From: Eledone cirrhosa
Lineage: Eukaryota
Reading direction: 5' to 3'
DNA: 64,000 nucleotides
NCBI GenBank assembly: GCA_964016885.1
Contig: OZ024759.1
Location: forward strand, 9,424,001 to 9,488,000
Part shown: positions 54,593-64,000 of the stretch, piece by piece
Layout: the number at the start of each line of letters is the position of its first letter
Numbering within the stretch: position 1 is the stretch's first letter
Made by a program: the position numbers and the translations under genes
The notes under the pieces: model-generated
Seen by the model: the letters and a program-made list of their open reading frames with translations, nothing else
What the model was told of the DNA's origin: nothing
Databases searched by the model: none

Positions 54593-55949
54593 CACACAAG
54601 TATTTTAAGGCTAATATTCCTTGCTAAAACAGGAGATAACCTTGAAGGTCCCATAATTGGCTCCATACTCATCAAATGGGTATCTTTTTAATGTTTTACT
54701 GCCAGAGAACCTTCCTGGTACCAACTGTGTGTGCCTCAGCACACAGACACAATGTACCTATTCTAAACTAAATTCATATAGTAACTAATTAGCTATAGTT
54801 ATCTAGTTCACAAAGTAGAATACATGATTTTGCTGTGAGTCAGAAGAGTCTGTAATGTTTCGGGTAGAATTCCTTCATTGTAAAAAGATGAAAGAAAAAG
54901 GTTTCCCCACTTGAAACTTTAGTCTTACCTCCCCTTCCAGCACGACAAAATAATTTACTCCTCACAGACCATCACTAAGTTTCCTTAGTTCCAGTTTCGC
55001 TTAGAAATCTAGTTGTATATCTATCTATCTATCTATTTGTTTTCTTTATTCGCCTTTTTGTGTAAACTCCCCCTTTGTATTTGTCCCCTTCTTTTGCGCC
55101 CTAGTGGCAATAAATAGAAATCTATCTATCTATCTATCTATCTATCATTTTACACGTTTTTATTGTATGTAAACTTCCCCCTTTGTATTTGTCCCCTTCT
55201 TTTGTGCCCCTGTGGCTAATAAAGAAATATATCTAGCTATCTAGCTATCTATAAAGAAAGATATCTATCTATCTGTCTCTCTTATTCTGTGTATCTATCT
55301 CTCTCTATCTAGATTGACCGATAGCTAGGTAAGTTGGTTAGTTGGCAGATAGTTTGACACATAAGTAGTTAGATGTGTAGATTTAATTCAGGCTCTTTAA
55401 CACTGAGTTCAAATCACACCGAGGTCAACTTTGCTTTTCATCCTTCCTGGGGTTGATAAAATAAAGTACCAGTCAAGTACTGGGGTAAATATAATTAACT
55501 TTCCCAATCCCCAAACTGCTGGTCTTGTCCCTAAATTAGAAACCCTTATTGTTGTTGTTGTTATTGTTGTTATCAAAGAATTAAGACATATCAAGTCCTA
55601 AAACCACAATTTTTAAAAAATGAAAAAAACCCTTAAAAATAGAGAATTATTTTTTTAGCAGATTTTTTGTTTGTTTAATCCCTTGAATATCCTTTTCTGA
55701 ATTTTTTGATTTTTTGTTTAGATCTGATATCTCTTTCTCTCATTGTCATTATTAAGTTGGTGTTTGGAACATAACTTAACAAAGGTTCTTACTTAAAATT
55801 ATGATGGAAGGTTTTTAGATAAATCTAAACACTTAACCTCCGTTACCATATTTCCAATGAAAGATTATCATTTTCAAATCATTTTGTAAATAATTAAGGA
55901 TTTGGATGTATTTAGTAATATAACTTTCTCATTATTAAGCTGGTGTAGG

Positions 55950-56167
55950 CTGGTGGATTGGCAGTAATCGGTAGAGCATCGGACAACATGCTTTGTGGCA
56001 TAGAGTTATGACCCTTTATGATCTGAGTTCAAATCCCACCGAGGTTAGCTTTGCCTTTCATCCTTACGGGGTTGATAAAATAAAGTACTATTAATTCATC
56101 GGATCAATTTAATTGACTTTCCCCTTCCCCTCAAATTGTTGGCTTTGTGCCTAATGTTGAAACAATC
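55950..56167 (+). mobile_element. SINE family 2, older variant; a related fragment lies at about 55405-55545
   Basis: GGTGGATTGGCAGT head, GAGTTCAAATCC, GCCTTTCATCCTT central domain. Confidence 0.8.
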
Positions 56168-56782
56168 ATTAAGCTGGTGTTTGGAATATAACTTAACAAA
56201 GGTTATTATATAAAATTATGATGGAAATGTTTTAGATGAATATAAACACTTTAAAACAGACAGTAAATTTCAGCTGGTTTGATAGGAGAAGAGTTAACTC
56301 TCTTATCCATCACCTCTTTTTCTTTACCTCAATTATTAAACCCACCTACTTATATATATATATATAATTTTTGTATTTGTTTTGCAAGATTTCTTATCTG
56401 AAAATGTGTTGAAAAAGATATTGTTATACTTTGGGAGGGTCATGCTGCCAATAAAATCACACACACCTGTTGGATTTCACTTCAATTTATTATAAACTCC
56501 CAGTCAGTTAGTTTAATAACCAGTGTCACATAGGTGAGAGAGCCCGTAGCATAGGAGAAATGATAAATAAACACTGAAGAGAACTCCAAAATAGAAAGAA
56601 CACAGTACTCCACCAACATGCCAGAATGGAAGATGGGGGAACACTAGAGAACATAGAGATAAAAATGATATCCACACAGAAAAGACACAATGCTCCGAAA
56701 GATTACAGAAGTGACAAATATAATCAAACTCCAACCAAAATTAAAGAGAAAACATGAATGGAATAGCAACATCACAACTAGT

Positions 56783-57778
56783 AATTAAGGACAAGATAAA
56801 GACATACAGAGACACAAGAAGAACTAAACTAATTAAGGACAAGATAAAGACATACAGAGACACAAGAAGAACTAAACTAATTAAGGACAAGATAAAGACA
56901 TACAGAGGCACACAAGAACTAAACTAATTAAGGACAAGATAAAGACATACAGAGGCACACAAGAACTAAACTAATTAAGGACAAGATAAAGACATACAGA
57001 GGCACACAAGAACTAAACTAATTAAGGACAAGATAAAGACATACAGAGGCACACAAGAACTAAACTAATTAAGGACAAGATAAAGACATACAGAGGCACA
57101 CAAGAACTAAACTAATTAAGGACAAGATAAAGACATACAGAGGCACACAAGAACTAAACTAATTAAGAACAAGATAAAGACATACAGAGGCACACAAGAA
57201 CTAAACCAATTAAGGACAAGATAAAGACATACAGAGGCACACAAGAACTAAACCAATTAAGGACAAGATAAAGACATACAGAGGCACACAAGAACTAAAC
57301 TAATTAAGGACAATATTTAATTAAGGACAAGATAAAGACATACAGAGGCACACAAGAACTAAACTAATTAAGGACAAGATAAAGACATACAGAGACACAC
57401 AAGAACTAAACTAATTAAGGACAAGATAAAGACATACAGAGGCACACAAGAACTAAACTAATTAAGGACAATATTTAATTAAGGACAAGATAAAGACATA
57501 CAGAGGCACACAAGAACTAAACTAATTAAGGACAAGATAAAGACATACAGAGACACACAAGAACTAAACTAATTAAGGACAAGATAAAGACATACAGAGG
57601 CACACAAGAACTAAACCAATTAAGGACAAGATAAAGACATACAGAGGCACACAAGAACTAAACTAATTAAGGACAATATTTAATTAAGGACAAGATAAAG
57701 ACATACAGAGGCACACAAGAACTAAACTAATTAAGGACAAGATAAAGACATACAGAGGCACACAAGAACTAAACTAAT
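56783..57778. repeat. 47-bp minisatellite with periodic 17-bp partial units
   Basis: AATTAAGGACAAGATAAAGACATACAGAGGCACACAAGAACTAAACT; AATTAAGGACAATATTT occurs three times. Confidence 0.95.
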
Positions 57779-58971
57779 AAAATAAACCAGACATACACAG
57801 ATAAAACAAACAACCAACAAGTGACAAGTAAAACAATAACACACACCCGGATATAACACATGCGCAAACCAAGTACACAGTACACAACACACAAAACAAG
57901 ATGGTGTAGGACAGAACAAAGGAGAGACACAAAATAACAAATTAGTCACTGAGAAGGTCACAGAATGTGTGACGAAAGAGCTTTGACAATATATAAACAG
58001 CCATCCGGTTTTTGAACCAACCAACCAAAAATTTGTAATTGAAGTGAAAACCCACAGATGCGTGTGTTTTCATTGGCATCTCCACGCCACCTCATATCCT
58101 CCCCTCCCCACCCATCATATCCTCCACCCCACCCATATTGCCACCATCTCCACCCCAACCCATCTTTCTTCCCCTTCATAAATGCTTCTATAAGTGCATC
58201 AACTAAATGCAAAGTTAGTGCAACAACTGTACAATTAGTGCACTAGCAATGTAATTAGTGCACATACTGCAGAACTAGCGCACAGACTGCCCAATGGCCA
58301 GCTGGTTAGCGTGTCAGACTCTCTATCATAGGGATGTGGGCTTGTTCTTTTTGGAGCAAAATGCTTCATTTCACATTGCTTTTCATGGTATGACTGGGGG
58401 CCCCTATCATTTAAACCCCCCAAAACACAAGATGGGAAAGGCCAGCTAAACCTACTTAGGTATGAGCTGTACATTTATATATTTTTTTCATTTCAACTGC
58501 AGAATTAGTACAATTGCAGAATTAGTACACCAAGTGCAAAACTAATGCATCAACTGCAGAATTAATGCACTAGCTGCAGAATTAATGCACCAACTGCAGA
58601 TTTATGGTGCACCAACTGCAGAATACTGTTTTATTTGAGAAGAATTCTAATCTTATAGTTTTTTAGGTGAAAAAAAATGATTAAAAAATAATGCTGTATC
58701 TTAATACAAAACACGTTCACCTTTGACCTAGGTTTGTTGATGGCATGGAAATGTCAACTAGAAGAGAAAATATTGAAACAATTCATTCAAAAGTTGTAAA
58801 TTTTATTTTTCATGTTAAAAATTGTCATTTATGCTGTCATCTACATTCTGAAAATAAAATAAAATAAAATTTAAAATGAATAAATTAAGAACAAAAAATT
58901 ACCAGCAATCATCAAAATGTATTTCTGTGTTGTTATTGTTAGTTTTTAAAAAATATATTTCTACCGGTTTT

Positions 58972-59940
58972 AGTCATTAGACCATGGTGTATTGACCAAT
59001 GTGTAAGTCATTAGACCATGGTGTATTGACCGGTGTGTAAGTCATTAGACCATGGTGTATTGACCGGTGTGTAAGTCATTAGACCATGGTGTATTGACCA
59101 GTGTGTAAGTCATTAGACCATGGTGTATTGACCGGTGTGTAAGTCATTAGACCATGGTCTATTGACCAGTGTGTAAGTCATTAGACCATGGTGTATTGAC
59201 CGGTGTGTAAGTCATTAGACCATGGTCTATTGACCGGTGTGTAAGTCATTAGACCATGGTGTATTGACCAATGTGTAAGTCATTAGACCATGGTGTATTG
59301 ACCGGTGTGTAAGTCATTAGACCATGGTGTATTGACCAGTGTGTAAGTCATTAGACCATGGTGTATGATGAGTGTGTAAGTCATTAGACCATGGTGTATG
59401 ACGAGTGTGTAAGTCATTAGACCATGGTGTATTGACCAGTGTAAGTCATTAGACCATGGTGTATTGACCAGTGTGTAAGTCATTAGACCATGGTGTATGA
59501 CGAGTGTGTAAGTCATTAGACCATGGTGTATTGACGAGTGTGTAAGTCATTAGACCATGGTGTATGACGAGTGTGTAAGTCATTAGACCATGGTGTATGA
59601 CGAGTGTGTAAGTCATTAGACCATGGTGTATTGATCAGTGTGTAAGTCATTAGACCATGGTGTATTGACCAGTGTGTAAGTCATTAGACCATGGTGTATG
59701 ACGAGTGTGTAAGTCATTAGACCATGGTGTATGACGAGTGTGTAAGTCATTAGACCATGGTGTATGACGAGTGTGTAAGTCATTAGACCATGGTGTATTG
59801 ACCAGTGTGTAAGTCATTAGACCATGGTGTATTGACGAGTGTGTAAGTCATTAGACCATGGTGTATGACGAGTGTGTAAGTCATTAGACCATGGTGTATG
59901 ACGAGTGTGTAAGTCATTAGACCATGGTGTATTGATCAGT
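58972..59940. repeat. 33/34-bp minisatellite (AGTCATTAGACCATGGTGTATTGACCAGTGTGTA)
   Basis: Direct periodicity; followed by a poly-T run. Confidence 0.96.
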
Positions 59941-60300
59941 GATTTTTTTTTTTTTTTTTTTTTTTAATCTTTTTTCAAGTGTGGTACCTCAGGCATAGCC
60001 AACCCAATCTAAGCCCTTCTCTGCAAAGTATTTGCTACTAGGAAGGGAAAGAAGCTGTATAAAGGCCAAATATAAAGAGGTTGTATCAAAGATATGATGA
60101 TCTCTCTAGTGCTGGTGCCATCGGTTTATGGTGTTTCTCACTGTAGAGTGCGAGAAGATAGGTGAGCAAGAGTTGTGTCAACACATCTGAGAGGTGAGTG
60201 GCTCCAATTAAGAACTGACTTGGTTTGTGATGACTCATCCAGCCCTTGCTACCAACAAGACAAACAGACTCTAAATGCTGCTGCTCATAAAGAAGCTGTT

Positions 60301-60346
<46 letters not shown>

Positions 60347-60619
60347 CCTTGCAGTAGAGGAACTAGAGATCTTTGTGTCATAATGGGATCAGGGATTTTG
60401 AGTCCGGTTGTATCCATAAGCTACAAGAAGCAAGAGGGAGGAGAGAAGCATTATCAAACATACCACCACCATTATCCAGTAAACCTCACTGTTGCACCAT
60501 CTGTGAACTTACAAACACTTAGCAGGTCTAAAATCTGTCCAATATAAACATTCAAACTGAAGAGGTTGTTTGGATCCTTATAAATCAAAATCAATGGGAG
60601 AATCCATCACACATACATA

Positions 60620-60650
<31 letters not shown>

Positions 60651-60651
<1 letters not shown>

Positions 60652-60985
60652 CATCATTTCATTTTACGTCCGCTTTTTCCCTGCTTGCAAGGGTGGGACG
60701 GGAACTGATTCTGGCTTGATTTCTACAGCTGGATGCCCTTCCTAACACCAACCTCATTTACAGTGAGTGGTGGGTGCTTTTTTGCCGTGGCACCTCCACG
60801 TCCACTTTGCAGTGGAATGATAGGGACCACAGTCCCTATCATCTCATTTCTACAGCTGAGTAAACTGGAGCAATGTGAAATAAAGTGTCTTGCTCAAGGA
60901 AACAACACATCACCCGGTCTGAGAATTGAACTCACAACCTTTCGATTGCAAGGCCAATGCTCTAACCACTAAGCCATGTGCCTCC
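60651..60985 (-). mobile_element. SINE family 1, short tail
   Basis: Full-length reverse copy between (TA)n tracts. Confidence 0.9.
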
Positions 60986-61145
60986 ATATATATATATATG
61001 TGTATATATAAACATTTCTAATTTTGTTTCATAAAAGCATAAACGTTACAAATCCATCCACCCCCATCATCTCTACACCCCCACCCCCCCAATATATGCC
61101 TCTATAGCAGGCCAGAAATAAACAAAATATTTTGCTTTCAGTAAA

Positions 61146-61151
61146 TTTATT
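61146..61151 (-). promoter_or_regulatory. Candidate polyadenylation signal of the importin-7-like gene
   Basis: AATAAA on the minus strand 15 nt after the stop codon, followed by T-rich sequence. Confidence 0.45.
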
Positions 61152-61166
61152 TTGACACTGAAATAT

Positions 61167-64000
61167 TTAGGCACCTTTTGTACCAAAATTGAATGTTAAA
61201 GGCACATTGGGATTCGAAAAAGCATAACTACTGTCCTGTTTTGTTTTCTTGGATTCAGCAGCGACTTTTCTCTGTTCTGTTGTATGAAAAACTTCTTCCA
61301 AGCTTTTCCTCTGGTCAACATTTAGAATAGACGTCAACAGGTGGTGCCAATTAGCATCCTGTGTCATCACATTTTCCATACAGTCTTTGAAAACAATATA
61401 TTCATCAACGTTGTAACTTTCTTTGTCTATAAGTGTTGGGTAGTTTTCTAGCGCCTTATCAATATCTTCTTCATCATCAGAGAAATCATCATAGCCATTA
61501 TCTGGGTCATCATCATCATCTATAGTATGTTCGTCGTCGCTATCAAATATCTCATCTTCATCACTGTCTAATATATCCAGATCATCTCGTGCACTATCAC
61601 GATCATTGTCTTCATCCAAATCTACTTCCTGTGCCTTTAAAATATACGATCGTTTTAAACCCTTAAAGAGGCTGAGAATGGATGGTAGAAATTTCCTTCC
61701 CAACTCTGTTATCTCCTTGGGTCTTCTGTGAGGTGTATTAATCAAGGTGCACAACCCTAAAATGTTTAGTTTTCGATCGTGAACTCCGTGAAAAGTGTTA
61801 ATGTTGTTCAACCATGTTGTTAAGAACTGGGGTATAATTGGGCCGGAGAGATTCGGAAGTTGTATGTCCTGCAATGTACCAAAGAAAAGCCCTGGGTTAT
61901 AACACAAGCTGGCTATACATATCAGCAAACACATTGCCCTTAGTTCTAATGTTTCGATATTTCGTGATAACCTCGTTATAGCAAGTTCTATGAGAGAAGG
62001 AACCACGTGATCTATCCGACCTTTGTATTGCAATAGAAGAACTTCAATAAGTTTGGCAGCATGGCATTCGGCATCTTCTCCGACTTTTTCAGATGTCATA
62101 ATTGACTTGCACATGTTATAGATGGCTTCCATGTATTCAGTTTGGGACAAAAACACTGTTGTGTCAACTGTGATATAGTTGTGGAGGCAAGGGGCCATAT
62201 CAATAAAGTAATCGAGTGTTTCAGCCCGAAGAGCTTGATACAACATCTGAAAAATCTGCCACATGTTGGCCGAGACCTGGGTTTTTGTGAGGTTGTAAAT
62301 TAAGGAAAATACTTCTTCGTAAAAGTCAATTAGATTCTGTTGTAAAATTGAAACTACAATATTTAGAACATTTCCCTCCAGTTGAGATATTATTTCAACT
62401 CTGCCCTTCACAACATCCAGAACTGTGTCCATGGTATACAGAATACCTAATCCAATGATCACTTTATCTTCCGAAGTATCCACATTATTGCTGAGCAGTT
62501 GGTTAAACGTTTGTTCAAGATGAGTCACTATTTCCAGAGCAACAGGGAGGACATCATCAGCATACTTGCGAATGAGGCGACGAAACACACTTGTAAGTTC
62601 ATCATTTTCAGTTTCACGAATTATCCGTAGAACCTCAAATATTACTGGTCGAATATGAGGGCGTAGAAAATCTCGAGCCTTCTCGTATTTTGTTACCAAC
62701 ATCTGCAACGCCATTGCAGCTTCTACACGGACTGGTAGCTCACTGTCATTGCATAAACACTCCCGACTCATTTCTATGGCACGGAGTAAATTATTGAAAT
62801 TTTTCAACACGGCCCCATTAAAGAAATCCAAAGTCCAGAAAGCTCTCGCCCTTAAGAATCCGTGTGGACTTTGGAACTCTGGAAATAAATGGGTGACAAG
62901 AACTCCTTCAATACGTTCTTTATACACATCACTCTCCACAAGAATGTCAGCTACGATGCCAAGCATGTGCATAATACCATCTTTTTCTTGAGGTGACACC
63001 TCGTTTTTGTTAAGAATCGACATACAGAAGTTCATTGCCTTTTCAAGAACTCCACTTCTTTTGCCAGCCAAAGAATGGAACAGCCGTCCTGCGGCATCTA
63101 TCGTAGACATGTCAGATAAATCAAACTTCCTCCGAATATATTCATGTGGATCCGAGTGCCAGAGTTCATTATCTTTTTCACTGTGCCACATCAGAGGGAA
63201 AATTACTTTCTGAATCAAGTTGTCTGTATTATTTTTCAAATATTTCCAAGTAGAGGCATAACTAATAGAACGATTTAAATAATTCAAAATGAAGCGCAAA
63301 ACTCTTGGAGATATATAACTGTTTTCATCTTGTTTCCCCAAAATATTAATCAATATAGGTATAATATTTCGTGGGAAAGTTCTCATATACCATTCAGAGA
63401 ATTGTTTGTATTCTCTGTTTACTTTGCCAGGACTTCCATATTTCTGGAACGTATAAGTTAAAATCCTTGTGGCCCATTTTTTCGCTTTCCACCAAGGAAG
63501 CTCTGGTCTTTTGTCTTCTTCGATGTTGTGGGCTCCGTCAGGAATAGGGTTTTGTAACACTTGGCAAGTAACTTCCATCCATTGGCTGAACACGTTCCTT
63601 GAAACTATCTTCAGCGATAGATGTTTACGAACAAATGAGAAGAATATCTTTAATATTTGTTTCTGTATTATGAGAGACGGCGGAGAATGGTCAGGTATCA
63701 TTTTCACGAACAAGTTGTATATGAGAGGCAATTCAACCCCCATAGCTGTGTTAAGAATATCTCGGTCCTTCGGCTTCTTCATTTCGTGTACTTTCACAAG
63801 CTGATATAAACTTATCAAAGCACCGTTCCATGTCGTGTGGTTTTGGGACAAAATACATGCAGCTACTTTCTCAACGAAAGACGGCCATTTAGTCGGGTAG
63901 TCATGTTTGACGATGGTGCTCAAAGACATACTCAACTGGCTGCATATTATATCAGGACTGTGTATTATAGCTTCGATGATGTGACGGCGTATGGCTGCTC
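61167..64000 (-). CDS. IPO7: Importin-7/8-family protein, intronless, 5' end outside the window
   Basis: IEAIIHSP...KHDYP.KW, PWWKAKKW, YGSPG, D.ELW..DP.EYIR.KFD, GFLRARA.W, LPVRVEAA.AL, HDRKL..LGL, acidic loop, terminal VPLTFNFG; the frame stays open from the track's TTG at 63935 to the window end. Confidence 0.93.
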   Translation of the reverse strand, partial: AAIRRHIIEAIIHSPDIICSQLSMSLSTIVKHDYPTKWPSFVEKVAACILSQNHTTWNGALISLYQLVKVHEMKKPKDRDILNTAMGVELPLIYNLFVKMIPDHSPPSLIIQKQILKIFFSFVRKHLSLKIVSRNVFSQWMEVTCQVLQNPIPDGAHNIEEDKRPELPWWKAKKWATRILTYTFQKYGSPGKVNREYKQFSEWYMRTFPRNIIPILINILGKQDENSYISPRVLRFILNYLNRSISYASTWKYLKNNTDNLIQKVIFPLMWHSEKDNELWHSDPHEYIRRKFDLSDMSTIDAAGRLFHSLAGKRSGVLEKAMNFCMSILNKNEVSPQEKDGIMHMLGIVADILVESDVYKERIEGVLVTHLFPEFQSPHGFLRARAFWTLDFFNGAVLKNFNNLLRAIEMSRECLCNDSELPVRVEAAMALQMLVTKYEKARDFLRPHIRPVIFEVLRIIRETENDELTSVFRRLIRKYADDVLPVALEIVTHLEQTFNQLLSNNVDTSEDKVIIGLGILYTMDTVLDVVKGRVEIISQLEGNVLNIVVSILQQNLIDFYEEVFSLIYNLTKTQVSANMWQIFQMLYQALRAETLDYFIDMAPCLHNYITVDTTVFLSQTEYMEAIYNMCKSIMTSEKVGEDAECHAAKLIEVLLLQYKGRIDHVVPSLIELAITRLSRNIETLELRAMCLLICIASLCYNPGLFFGTLQDIQLPNLSGPIIPQFLTTWLNNINTFHGVHDRKLNILGLCTLINTPHRRPKEITELGRKFLPSILSLFKGLKRSYILKAQEVDLDEDNDRDSARDDLDILDSDEDEIFDSDDEHTIDDDDDPDNGYDDFSDDEEDIDKALENYPTLIDKESYNVDEYIVFKDCMENVMTQDANWHHLLTSILNVDQRKSLEEVFHTTEQRKVAAESKKTKQDSSYAFSNPNVPLTFNFGTKGA

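Noticed and set aside
55740-56297. Second piggyBac-like MITE (TTAACC...GAGTTAA)
   Set aside because: Termini too degenerate to call from this window alone
63933-63935. TTG as the start codon of the importin ORF
   Set aside because: The frame is open and importin-like (IEAIIHSP) to the window end, so the true start lies outside

Overview
Repeat-rich eukaryotic (animal) DNA. The repeat families resemble those of octopus/cephalopod genomes; this is an inference, not a database result. There are two protein-coding genes. The first is a TMEM184B-like gene on the + strand with 7 coding exons (36649-52860, 524 aa, all GT-AG junctions phase-compatible). The second is an intronless, intact importin-7-like ORF on the - strand (61167 to beyond 64000), probably a retrogene. 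The rest is RTE, CR1/L2-like and Tx1/L1-like LINE remnants, a Penelope-like GIY-YIG fragment, tRNA-derived SINEs, piggyBac- and mariner-type MITEs, a probable solo LTR, microsatellites and more than a dozen minisatellite arrays. Three things stand out. (1) Five type I hammerhead ribozyme motifs, four with a compensatory U3-A8 core; four of the five lie in TMEM184 introns. (2) Many minisatellites were amplified in place from short pieces of SINEs, LINEs or MITEs, one of them still inside its SINE's target-site duplication. (3) A retroelement 3' end that repeatedly sits in (TCTA)n microsatellites. Most long ORFs in the supplied track are artefacts of tandem repeats.
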